Of a stretch of DNA of 64,000 bases, positions 46,682 to 55,675 are shown one piece after another. Below the pieces are notes generated by a model. The model did no database searches and was not told where the DNA came from. It saw nothing but the letters and a program-made list of their open reading frames with translations. The first letter of the stretch is position 1. Each line of letters starts with the position of its first letter. Source of the stretch: Acutalibacteraceae bacterium (GTDB lineage Bacteria; Bacillota; Clostridia; Oscillospirales; Acutalibacteraceae). The stretch spans positions 16,823-80,822 of the forward strand of contig JAZUQC010000058.1 of NCBI GenBank assembly GCA_045605525.1, given 5' to 3'. Both the position numbers and the translations under genes were made by a program.

Positions 46682-47233
46682 TTAGCGGGCAACGCCTTTT
46701 TCGATAACTTCGCCGTCGAAAGTCCAGAACGGAGAAAGAACGTCAAGTTCTTCGCCTTCTTCAACAACACCGCCGACAACATTGTATTTTTCTGCAAAAT
46801 CGTCTTCAGCAAAAACGGAAACATCTTTATCGCGAAGGATGCCTGCTTTTTTGAAAGCCTTAACAAGCTTACCTGCTTTTTTAACAGCCTTCTTGTCTTT
46901 CCAATCTTCATAATCACCGTATGCTTCACGGAAAGCAATAACAAATTCGCTGTCATCATCCAGTGTATCAACACGGTTATTCCATGCTGCAAAGCCTGTG
47001 CGCACTTTTGCGCTTCTGCCCTTGCTGACAAGGTACATTGCTTCATAAAGCTGACCGAACAGGGCGGCATTTTCGCGAAGACCGATTACAATGGGATCGG
47101 TAGGCTGTGCCTTTTCAACTTTGGTGATGGTAATAACACCTTTTGAACGCAACCAGAAGAAAGCAACCGTAGCACCGACAGCAGCAGCGATAACGCTGGC
47201 TACGATGACATCGGACATGAAGAACAGAACCAT
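46682..47233 (-). CDS. Hypothetical N-terminally anchored protein
   Basis: The ATG at 47233 has AGGAGAG 6 nt upstream, whereas the track start at 47239 is a TTG. There is one TM helix followed by a charged soluble domain. A terminator hairpin GAGGACAG...CTGTCCTC lies downstream at 46643-46668. Confidence 0.55.
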   Translation of the reverse strand: MVLFFMSDVIVASVIAAAVGATVAFFWLRSKGVITITKVEKAQPTDPIVIGLRENAALFGQLYEAMYLVSKGRSAKVRTGFAAWNNRVDTLDDDSEFVIAFREAYGDYEDWKDKKAVKKAGKLVKAFKKAGILRDKDVSVFAEDDFAEKYNVVGGVVEEGEELDVLSPFWTFDGEVIEKGVAR

Positions 47234-47372
47234 ATTCAACTCTCCTAATTCAGTTTGATAACATCCATAGTGTCAAAAAGCGACACTTACAAACAGTATC
47301 ATTATAATCAACTATTTTCTGTTTGTCAAGGTTTAAGCCAAAATAAAGCCGTAAAAAATTATTAAATTTTTG

Positions 47373-48059
47373 TTATTTTGCTTTATGCTTGATTTTCTTA
47401 TCGGGAGCAATGGTCATATAAACCACGGCGGCAAGGGCTGCACCGAGTAAAGGAGCGGCAATGAATACCCACACAACTTTGATCGCTTCCGTATTTCCGC
47501 CGAGTGCCTGCACAAGAGCGGGACCGAACGAACGGGCGGGATTGACACTTGTGCCTGTAAAGAAAATACCGAAAATATGCACCAGAGTCAGAGTCAGCCC
47601 GATCACAAGTCCCGCAACGGAAGCGTTGGATGTGTAATTGGTGACACCGAGAATGGCAATGACAAAAACAAAGGTAAGAATCATCTCAACCAGCAAGGAT
47701 TTTATAATGTTATCATCATACAATGCGTTGGCACCGAGTCCGCCGTCAAAGCCGACCAACAACGAAAGCGTTGCGGCCCCGCAGATGCCGCCTGCGAGCT
47801 GAGCACCGACATATAAAAGGAAATCTTTTACAGTCATGCGTTTGGAAATGATCATGGCAAGCGAAACCGCGGGGTTGATGTGACAACCCGACACATTACC
47901 GATGCTGTAAGCCATGGCAACAATGACAAGCCCAAATGCAAGTGCGGTCAGAAGATAAGAAACCTCACCGACTTCGCACCCAGTCACAACTGCCGTTCCG
48001 CAGCCGAACAACACAAGTGTGGCAGTGCCGATGAATTCGGCAATAAATTTACGCAACAT
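47373..48059 (-). CDS. aqpZ: Aquaporin / MIP-family channel
   Basis: It has two NPA boxes (SGCHINPAVSLA and SVNPARSFGPA). The ATG at 48059 has GGAGG 9 nt upstream, while the track start at 48068 abuts the RBS. Confidence 0.88.
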   Translation of the reverse strand: MLRKFIAEFIGTATLVLFGCGTAVVTGCEVGEVSYLLTALAFGLVIVAMAYSIGNVSGCHINPAVSLAMIISKRMTVKDFLLYVGAQLAGGICGAATLSLLVGFDGGLGANALYDDNIIKSLLVEMILTFVFVIAILGVTNYTSNASVAGLVIGLTLTLVHIFGIFFTGTSVNPARSFGPALVQALGGNTEAIKVVWVFIAAPLLGAALAAVVYMTIAPDKKIKHKAK

Positions 48060-48267
48060 ATTCAACATCCTCCGTTTTATATATTTATTTTATTATACCG
48101 CCATTCATTTTCTCCGTCAACCGCAACTTGCCTTCTTGCAAATTTTTAGCAAAATGCCTAAAAACGGCTGTTATTTTTTTCATATCAAGAAAATTTTCGG
48201 TCTTGCAAACCTTGTATTATTGCGTTAAAATAAATTAGTATAAATTGATAAAGGAAGGGACATACTT

Positions 48268-50130
48268 ATGAAAACGACCCGTCGTATTATCTCTTTACTG
48301 CTTGCAGTTCTTATGATTTGCAGCAGTTTTCTTGCTGTAACGGCTTCTGCCGTTGAAAAAGAAGAAATGTATCCGTCCATTGTCATTCCCGGTCTGTTTC
48401 AGGGCAGAGCCACATTGTATGAGAACGGCGAAATTGCCACCAATGCAGACGGTGAACCCCTTGAAGCTCCGTTTTTCCTGAGCGGCACGGAAGACATCAT
48501 CGGCACTGCACTTGAGCTTGCAGGTATTCCGCTTCTGTCCACGCTGCTGACCCAGCGCGACCATGACCTTGAATTTGCAAACGGTCTCGGTAAGGCTCTG
48601 GGTGAAATTCTGCTTGGCAAGATCAAGAGTGACGAAAACGGCAAATTCATTTATGATGTACGCCCCGAACAGCTCAACACCGCTGTCAGCAATCTGACCG
48701 AAGAACAGAAGAATTATGTTTATGACACCATTCCGCTGACGACCTACAAAGAAATTGCGGGCGAAGACAAACTGTATTTCTTCACCTATTTCTCCTTTGA
48801 AAACATGGATGCCGTCACCGAACGTCTTTACAACCTGATTCAGACCGTTAAGGAAGAAACCGGTTACGACAAGGTCAACATCGTTCCCATCAGCCAGGGC
48901 GGTTCCATCTGCAATTCCCTGCTTGAAACCTACAAGGATCAGGGTATTTTCGATGACCTGAACCGTATTGTATATGTCATTCCCGCACTCGACGGCAGCT
49001 ATACCCTCGGCGACATCTATTACCACGGTCTGCTTGACGATGACGAAGCTCTTTACAACTATATGTTCCCGCTTCTTCTCGAAGGTGATCAGGAATGGCT
49101 CGGCTATCTCATCAACACCCTCATCAAGATCTTCCCCAAGAAAGTGCTCAACGACGTGCTTGACATTGCGGTGGATATTCTGATTGAAGATTATCTTGAA
49201 TATTCCACTATGATGTGGGGTCTGATTCCGAGCGAATACTATCCCGAACTTCGCGAACGTTATCTCAGCGATGAAGACAACGCGATTCTGCGTGAACAGA
49301 CTGACCGCTATTATCAGGCTCAGTGCAACCGTGAAGAAAACATTCTCACAGCCATTGAAAACGGTGTTGAGGTATTTGACATCGTCAACTACAACGATGC
49401 ACTTTATCCCATCTGTGACAACTGGAACAAGTGCCAGGCAGACGGTATCATTCAGCTTGAATCCACCTCCATCGGTGCATACGGTATCGGCGTGGATAAG
49501 CAGCTTCCCGAAGGCTATATCCAACAAAACGCCAACCCCACCTGCTCCGATCCCGAAAACCATGTGCACATCGACCCCTACAACCTGCTTGATGCTTCCA
49601 CGGGTCTTATTCCCGACACTACTTTCTATTTCTACAACGGTGACCATGAACAGACCGGCAGAAACGACATTGTTATGAGATTGGTCGTTGAGTTGCTGAC
49701 CGATCCCGATTTCAAGGATGTTTACACCTATGAAGCATTCCCGCAGTTCAACACCGCAAGAAAAACAAGAGGTGCACAGGATAAGATCAATTCCATGAAA
49801 GTGTATCTTACGGATGAATCGGTTGACCCCGCTGTCAGGGATCGTCTGGCAGGAGTCATTGACAGAGCACAGGCACTCTATGATGACACCGCCTGCACCC
49901 CCGAAGAAGTTGCAGAGCTTGAATCCTGCCTTGCAGAATTTGATGCAATCCGCAGACTCATCACCACCGGTTCCGAAGAAGAACCGATTGATTTCGGCGA
50001 AAAACTGAAGGATGCATTCATGGTATTCCTGACCAAGGTTTTCAAGTTCTTCAACGATATCCGTTTCTGGCTGTTTGGCGGCCGCGGCTTCTTTGATGAA
50101 CTCACACTCAACACCGCACAACAAGAATAA
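48268..50130 (+). CDS. Secreted protein, possibly an alpha/beta-hydrolase (lipase/esterase-like)
   Basis: Signal peptide MKTTRRIISLLLAVLMICSSFLAVTASA. VNIVPISQGGS resembles a GxSxG nucleophile elbow. I recognise nothing in the rest of the protein. Confidence 0.65.
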   Translation: MKTTRRIISLLLAVLMICSSFLAVTASAVEKEEMYPSIVIPGLFQGRATLYENGEIATNADGEPLEAPFFLSGTEDIIGTALELAGIPLLSTLLTQRDHDLEFANGLGKALGEILLGKIKSDENGKFIYDVRPEQLNTAVSNLTEEQKNYVYDTIPLTTYKEIAGEDKLYFFTYFSFENMDAVTERLYNLIQTVKEETGYDKVNIVPISQGGSICNSLLETYKDQGIFDDLNRIVYVIPALDGSYTLGDIYYHGLLDDDEALYNYMFPLLLEGDQEWLGYLINTLIKIFPKKVLNDVLDIAVDILIEDYLEYSTMMWGLIPSEYYPELRERYLSDEDNAILREQTDRYYQAQCNREENILTAIENGVEVFDIVNYNDALYPICDNWNKCQADGIIQLESTSIGAYGIGVDKQLPEGYIQQNANPTCSDPENHVHIDPYNLLDASTGLIPDTTFYFYNGDHEQTGRNDIVMRLVVELLTDPDFKDVYTYEAFPQFNTARKTRGAQDKINSMKVYLTDESVDPAVRDRLAGVIDRAQALYDDTACTPEEVAELESCLAEFDAIRRLITTGSEEEPIDFGEKLKDAFMVFLTKVFKFFNDIRFWLFGGRGFFDELTLNTAQQE

Positions 50131-50187
50131 GAATCTTAACTTACAGCCGGAGTCGACACTCCGGCTGTCTTTGAAAGGATTTCATTT

Positions 50188-51078
50188 ATGTTTGAACTCA
50201 TACAAACAGGCACACACACCTATTATTTTGACCTGCCCAGCAAAATCGGCATATACACCCCTGACCATGAAAATGTGTATCTCATTGACAGCGGACCACA
50301 TAAGGACACCGCAAAAAAGGTGCTTCGTATTCTCAAAGAAAAGGGCTGGAATCTGAAAGGCATTCTCAACACCCATGCACATGCCGACCACATCGGCGGC
50401 AACCGTTATTTGCAGGATCAGACGGGTTGTGCCGTATTTGCGGCAGACAAGGAAATTGACCTGACCCGCCACACATATCTTGAACCGACAACACTGTATG
50501 CGGGCAATCCGCACAAGGATTTGCGGCATAAACTCTTATTGGCACAGGAAAGCGATGCGGTTGGGTTCTGCGATACACGGTTCCCGAAAGAAATTGAAGT
50601 CATATCCCTGCCCGGACACTCCCCCGAAATGGTTGCTTTCCGCACACCCGACAACACAGTTTTTCTTGCCGACCTTTTGTGCAGTGAAAACACGCTGACC
50701 AAATACGGCATCACATTTCAGTTTGACATTGAGCGGCATCTGCAATCACTCGAAAAAGCAAAAACCTTAACTGCCGATGTGTTTGTATCTTCCCACGCTC
50801 CGACAACGGACAACATTCTGCCGATGGTCGACATGAACATGCGGGAAGTGCACAAGGCCGCTGATTTCCTTTTACAGCAGTGCAACCGGAAGCAGACCTT
50901 TGATTCGCTCCTGCAATCGGTATTTGTGCATTATAACCTGACCATGAACCACGCACAGCACGCACTTGTGGGCAGCACGGTACGCTCGTATCTGTCATAT
51001 CTGTATGACAACAACAAAATACAGATTCTGTTTGAAGACAACATTTTGTATTATCAATCTGATGAGAAGGAGTTGTGA
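50188..51078 (+). CDS. MBL-fold metallo-hydrolase
   Basis: NTHAHADHIGG is the HxHxDH motif. Confidence 0.8.
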   Translation: MFELIQTGTHTYYFDLPSKIGIYTPDHENVYLIDSGPHKDTAKKVLRILKEKGWNLKGILNTHAHADHIGGNRYLQDQTGCAVFAADKEIDLTRHTYLEPTTLYAGNPHKDLRHKLLLAQESDAVGFCDTRFPKEIEVISLPGHSPEMVAFRTPDNTVFLADLLCSENTLTKYGITFQFDIERHLQSLEKAKTLTADVFVSSHAPTTDNILPMVDMNMREVHKAADFLLQQCNRKQTFDSLLQSVFVHYNLTMNHAQHALVGSTVRSYLSYLYDNNKIQILFEDNILYYQSDEKEL

Positions 51079-51081
51079 TTT

Positions 51082-51858
51082 TTGAAAACACTGATTATTT
51101 TAGTGGACGGCATGCGCCCGGATGCGATTGCCGATCTGCCACAGGTAAAAAGGGTATTGCAGAAATCCGCTTACACCATGCACGCACAGACGGTCATGCC
51201 GTCGGTAACTTTACCCTGCCACATGTCGCTGTTTCACAGCGTAACCCCCGAACGCCACGGCACAACCACCAACACCTACGCCCCGCAGGTCAGACCCATC
51301 AACGGCATCTGCGAAGTCACAAGAAAATACGACAAGACAAGTGCTTTTTTCTTCAACTGGGAAGAAATCCGCGATCTGTCCCGCCCGAATTCGCTTGATT
51401 TTTCTTACTTTTTCCGCGGCAGAACGGTCGGTTATGACATCGCCAACGAAAAGGTCACCCAAGCCGCCATTGACTACCTGTCAACAACCCCCACCGATTT
51501 CGCCTTTGTCTATTTCGGATATACCGACATGGCCGGCCACCGACACGGCTGGATGAGTGACGAATACATGCGTGCCATGAACAGCAGTTGGGACTGCATT
51601 GAACGCATTCTCGCCGCCCTCGACGACGATTACACGGTTATCATCACTGCCGACCACGGCGGCCATGACCGCACCCACGGCTCGGACCTGCCCGAGGATA
51701 TGATTATTCCCGTTATCATCACAGGCGGTGCGGTCGAAAAGAATTTCCCCCTCGGTGAAACGCTGGGGGATGTCAACATCATCGACCTCGCCCCGACCGT
51801 CACAAAGCTGCTCGGCATCCCCGCCGACGAAGACTGGGACGGCAAAAGCATAATCTGA
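51082..51858 (+). CDS. Alkaline-phosphatase-superfamily enzyme (ENPP-like), cytoplasmic paralog type
   Basis: A TTG start lies 9 nt after AAGGAG and 3 nt after the upstream stop. ILVDGMRPDA, DMAGHRHGW and ITADHGGHD are metal-site motifs. Confidence 0.78.
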   Translation: MKTLIILVDGMRPDAIADLPQVKRVLQKSAYTMHAQTVMPSVTLPCHMSLFHSVTPERHGTTTNTYAPQVRPINGICEVTRKYDKTSAFFFNWEEIRDLSRPNSLDFSYFFRGRTVGYDIANEKVTQAAIDYLSTTPTDFAFVYFGYTDMAGHRHGWMSDEYMRAMNSSWDCIERILAALDDDYTVIITADHGGHDRTHGSDLPEDMIIPVIITGGAVEKNFPLGETLGDVNIIDLAPTVTKLLGIPADEDWDGKSII

Positions 51859-51874
51859 CACAAGAAAACGGCTT

Positions 51875-52260
51875 CGCCGTAACGCCGGCTTCCCATAAGG
51901 CAGTATTTGTTTCTCGATGAAAATTCCCTATATTTTTGCCAAAAGCCTCGTCAGGCGCCAGCCTGACTGCGTTTTGTGGCTTCAATATAAGAATTTTTCT
52001 TATCTTACGAAACTGCGTAGCACTTTAAAATGAAAATTTTGAGTGCAAGAAAAGGCAAAACCTCCCGATGATGCTGACGCATATCGGGAGGTTTTAACGA
52101 ATTATTGTGCCAAAATTTCACATTTTAAAGAAATACTTCCTTATGGGAAGTCGGCGAACGCGGCGACCGTTTTCGATTCGTCCATCGCCGAGCACGCGCA
52201 GCGGGCGTTCGGCGGGACATATAATCTTTTTTGCTTTATGGAAACGCAGTTTCCTATAAA
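51875..52260. repeat. Nested imperfect inverted repeats around a central terminator-like hairpin
   Basis: 51875-51928 pairs in inverted orientation with 52109-52165 (shared core CTTCCCATAAGG.AGTATTT). 52022-52046 pairs with 52109-52133, and GAAACTGCGT at 52008 pairs with ACGCAGTTTC at 52243. The central hairpin AACCTCCCGAT...ATCGGGAGGTT lies at 52059-52093. Confidence 0.75.
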
Positions 52261-52261
52261 G

Positions 52262-52308
52262 AAAAAACAAATCTGCAAACCTCCAATCGGGCGGCTTGCA
52301 GATTTTTG
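52262..52308. terminator. Intrinsic terminator downstream of the XRE gene
   Basis: The stem AATCTGCAA...TTGCAGATT (52270-52304) is flanked by an A-run and a T-run. Confidence 0.7.
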
Positions 52309-52316
52309 CATTTATA

Positions 52317-52631
52317 TTACAAAACGGCAATAATCTTGCGGATGATTTCCTGCAAAGCTTCTCTTTTTTCGGGCGGAACGGTTGCAAACATGGCCTCCAA
52401 TTCGGGAAAGCTTTTGCTCCCGGAACCGAACACAATGCTGTCTGCAGTCGTATGCAGGGCGGTACAGAGCTTATGTAATGTAACCACGCTCATTCCCTTT
52501 TTTCCCGTTTCAATATCGGCCAGAAACTGCGTGGAAATGTTTGCCATTTCCGCCAGTTTTTCACGGGACAGCTTCTGATATTCTCTGATGCTTCGTATCC
52601 GTTTTCCGTATTCTGCATTTTCCGCATTCAT
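52317..52631 (-). CDS. XRE-family helix-turn-helix transcriptional regulator
   Basis: AGGAG RBS. GKRIRSIREYQKLSREKLAEMANISTQFLADIETGKKGMSVVTLHKLCTAL is a classic Cro/C1-type HTH. Length is 104 aa. Confidence 0.82.
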   Translation of the reverse strand: MNAENAEYGKRIRSIREYQKLSREKLAEMANISTQFLADIETGKKGMSVVTLHKLCTALHTTADSIVFGSGSKSFPELEAMFATVPPEKREALQEIIRKIIAVL

Positions 52632-52695
52632 GATTGACCACTCCTATAGATATAGTATAATGTAAGCAAAAGTTGCTGAAAATCATCTATAGTTG

Positions 52696-52724
52696 TTGAC
52701 AAGCAAAATCTATTGATATATAAT
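52696..52724 (+). promoter_or_regulatory. Consensus SigA-type promoter for the zinc-ribbon gene cluster
   Basis: TTGACA (52696-52701), a 17-nt spacer, then TATAAT (52719-52724), 34 nt upstream of the ATG at 52758. Confidence 0.7.
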
Positions 52725-52757
52725 TGTGAAGAAAGTAACATTTTCGGGAGGTTTTTT

Positions 52758-54335
52758 ATGTTTTGTCAAAAATGCGGAAATCAAATCGAAAACAATGCGC
52801 AGTTCTGCATCAAATGCGGCACAAAGGTATTCATTCAGCCGCCGGTAGCAGAACCGCCGAAACAGCCTGCTGAGCAGATCAGTGCCGAACCGGAACCCGA
52901 TCAAAAGCCGAAATCGAAAAAAAAGAAGACCGGCAAGGCAGTGCTTATATGCCTGCTTGTCTTTTTGCTTATTGCCGCGCTCGGCGTAGGTGCTTATTTC
53001 ATGTTCCGTTACACTTCGCCATCCAAGGAAATCGTGCAGACCATCGAAGCGGGCGATTTTGCGGCAGCCGCGGAGCTTTATGATACCAACATTGCCGATT
53101 CGACCGTCGACACACAGGACATTGAAAAGGCAATTGAAGACAAGCTGACCGCGATTCAACAGCAATATACCGATCTGACAACGGATTACACGACCGCCGT
53201 CACGCAGATCAATGCCATTCTGCGTTTTTCAAACGAGAGCATTCAGCAAAAGGCGCAGACGGCACTCGCTTATGTGGAAGCACTCAACGCATCCCGCACG
53301 GCATTCGACACGGCAAAGCAATTTGCACAATTGGGCAATTACCCGTCCGCAATCGAAAACTACAAGCTTGTTATTGACACGGATGCAAACTTTGATGCGG
53401 CACAGGCGGAAATTGTGAACATGATCAATCTCTACAAGCAGGAAATCATGGCAACTGCACAGACTTGTGTGGAAAACAACGATTTTCTGGCTGCCGTGCA
53501 GACGCTGACCAAGGCGCAGGACATTACCGGCAACGATACGGAAATTGCGCAGAAGATCACCGTCTACAAGGAGCAGTTTATTCTGCAGACACTTGAACAG
53601 GCAGAATCGCTTGCAGGAGAAAAAGAGTATGTGCAGGCACTTGAACTGCTGACACAGGCACAGGACACCTTTGCAGATACAAGGCTGACAGATATGCTCA
53701 AAAAGTATGAAGACCTTTTCATTGATTCCGTGCTTGCACAGGCAGATGCCCTGATCGCCGACATGAAATACGACGATGCAAAAGCACTGCTGAACGAAAG
53801 TCTGAATGCAGTCAGCGACAAAACAAAGCTGACCGAAAAGCTCAACAGCGTAGACAGCTACAAACCGGTTGCATTATCATCTGTGCATTTGATAGATTCA
53901 TACCGTTATAAATGGGCTAACCAAATGCTTACTGATTCATTCGGAAACACATATGACACATATTATATGCTTGATGGATTTGGTAGCGGCGGCACCTATG
54001 CTGTCTACAATCTTAACAAGGAATACACAACATTTTCCGGAACTATTGTAGCCTGCAGCAATACCGCATCCGATGCAAAATTTGTAATACGGATTTATGT
54101 TGATGATGTTCTGAAATATACAAGTGTGCAGTTTGGAAAAACAACAGGAAAACTCGATTTTAACATCGATACAACAGGTGGCACAAAATTAAAAATCGTT
54201 GCAGAATTAATCAACGGCAAAAGCTATTACTCCGGCTATAACAGTGCACTTGTCAATTGCGTGCTCACAAAAGACCCTGCAGCAGTAACGCCTGAACCTG
54301 CAACCGATGTTTCAGAACCGGCAACGGAAGAATAA
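52758..54335 (+). CDS. Zinc-ribbon / single-pass membrane protein with a helical-repeat ectodomain and an NPCBM-like C-terminal beta domain
   Basis: The ATG at 52758 follows GGGAGG. The N-terminus is MFCQKCGNQIENNAQFCIKCG, followed by a Pro-rich linker, KKKK and one TM helix. About 330 aa of Ala/Gln-rich helical repeats follow. The C-terminal segment LIDSYRYKW..DSFGNTYD..GGTYAVYNLNKEYTTFSGTI..FVIRIYVDD resembles the NPCBM-type carbohydrate-binding module, as I recall it. Confidence 0.72.
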   Translation: MFCQKCGNQIENNAQFCIKCGTKVFIQPPVAEPPKQPAEQISAEPEPDQKPKSKKKKTGKAVLICLLVFLLIAALGVGAYFMFRYTSPSKEIVQTIEAGDFAAAAELYDTNIADSTVDTQDIEKAIEDKLTAIQQQYTDLTTDYTTAVTQINAILRFSNESIQQKAQTALAYVEALNASRTAFDTAKQFAQLGNYPSAIENYKLVIDTDANFDAAQAEIVNMINLYKQEIMATAQTCVENNDFLAAVQTLTKAQDITGNDTEIAQKITVYKEQFILQTLEQAESLAGEKEYVQALELLTQAQDTFADTRLTDMLKKYEDLFIDSVLAQADALIADMKYDDAKALLNESLNAVSDKTKLTEKLNSVDSYKPVALSSVHLIDSYRYKWANQMLTDSFGNTYDTYYMLDGFGSGGTYAVYNLNKEYTTFSGTIVACSNTASDAKFVIRIYVDDVLKYTSVQFGKTTGKLDFNIDTTGGTKLKIVAELINGKSYYSGYNSALVNCVLTKDPAAVTPEPATDVSEPATEE

Positions 54336-54386
54336 ACAAACCGACAAATCACACGCATACAAATAAACACGGAAGGAGCATTATTT

Positions 54387-55661
54387 ATGTTTTGCAAATA
54401 TTGCGGCTGCAAGCTGGATGATGCAACTACAGTTTGCACGTCTTGCGGAAAAACTTTGGATGCAAGTATTCATCCTGCTGCAAACGAGACTGAACAGTTC
54501 GTACAAGATAATGATTTGCAAGAAGCAAGCGAAACAGCAGATGAGATAACACAGAATGATTCACCCTGTGCGGAGAATGAAGAATTCCACTTGCGTGTTG
54601 TTGAGGAGATGCCGGCAGTCACGACAAAAAAGAAATCAAAAACACCGGGCATTACTATTTTGATTCTTCTTGTTCTGTGTATTGCGATTGGCGGCGGATA
54701 TTATGCATACATCAACAGCGACGAATACAAAACAGAGCAGGCACAGATGTATTTTAATCAGCAGGATTATGACCGGGCAGAACAGTATCTGACGGATGTG
54801 AACACACCGCAGGCAAACGAGCTGAGAAATCAGATTGCAATTGAAAGAGCACTTTTGCTGATAAACAGTGCATCCCTGTCCGAAGCGGCTGAACTGCTTT
54901 ATTCGGTCAACACGCCGCAGGCGCAGGCAATTCTCTCGTTTATCTCTTTGGAAAGCACTAAAATCGCCTATATGGATTCTTACGCAGAAAAGCCGCTGAG
55001 TAAAGATATGGCAAAATACAATGAATTCAAGCAGGCACTTTCAAACTTTGAAAAACAACAGGTTGAATATTACCTGCCCGAAACATTGTTAGCAACATTC
55101 CGCAAATATAAGTCTGCTTTTGCACAGGCAGAAGCTTTCTTTCACAGCTTCAGTGATATGATGCGGATTTGTGCACTTATCATCACAGAAAAAACGTCCC
55201 ACGAAGACAGAACATTCAGTCCTTCTTCATGGCCTTCCGCGATCGCGGCTGAAAAAAAAGCGTTGCAGGAAGTACTTACCATCACAAACGACGATTCCTT
55301 TGATCTGCTACTGGTCGATGGGGATCTGGACACAGCAGGTCTTCCTTATGAGACAATAAACGGCAAACACTACATTTATTTAAGCAACGCCTTGTCAAGA
55401 GAATTGCACAATCTGTATGTTTTGATGGAATCAAAACTTGAATATTGCGAGGAAGAATATGCCGACATGGTCGAGGAATTCGGTGAAGATTCAGATCTTT
55501 ATATCACTAACACTCAACCGAACTACAAGGTTCCCCTGAACTCAAGCATACTTGTTGATATCGGTGATTATGCCGATTACACAACCAACGAAGGCGCATT
55601 GTATTGTATGGTTAAACGCGATATGATCTACTACTTCCTGTCCGGCGGGAAACATAAGTAA
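54387..55661 (+). CDS. Zinc-ribbon / single-pass membrane protein, paralog of 55676..57208
   Basis: GGAAGGAG RBS. The N-terminus is MFCKYCGCKLDDATTVCTSCG, followed by an acidic linker, KKKSK and a TM helix. The ectodomain aligns by eye with the next gene. Confidence 0.72.
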   Translation: MFCKYCGCKLDDATTVCTSCGKTLDASIHPAANETEQFVQDNDLQEASETADEITQNDSPCAENEEFHLRVVEEMPAVTTKKKSKTPGITILILLVLCIAIGGGYYAYINSDEYKTEQAQMYFNQQDYDRAEQYLTDVNTPQANELRNQIAIERALLLINSASLSEAAELLYSVNTPQAQAILSFISLESTKIAYMDSYAEKPLSKDMAKYNEFKQALSNFEKQQVEYYLPETLLATFRKYKSAFAQAEAFFHSFSDMMRICALIITEKTSHEDRTFSPSSWPSAIAAEKKALQEVLTITNDDSFDLLLVDGDLDTAGLPYETINGKHYIYLSNALSRELHNLYVLMESKLEYCEEEYADMVEEFGEDSDLYITNTQPNYKVPLNSSILVDIGDYADYTTNEGALYCMVKRDMIYYFLSGGKHK

Positions 55662-55675
55662 TAAGGGAGACTGTC

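Noticed and set aside
48295-50124. A 609-aa ORF on the minus strand covering almost the entire 620-aa plus-strand gene 48268..50130.
   Set aside because: It is in the codon-aligned antisense frame of the plus gene: the codon at 50122-50124 is shared. That frame stays open whenever TTA, CTA and TCA codons are avoided. Its product is Phe/Cys/Gly/Val-rich with no signal peptide, RBS or motif, whereas the plus ORF has an RBS, a signal peptide and normal composition. I treat it as a shadow ORF.
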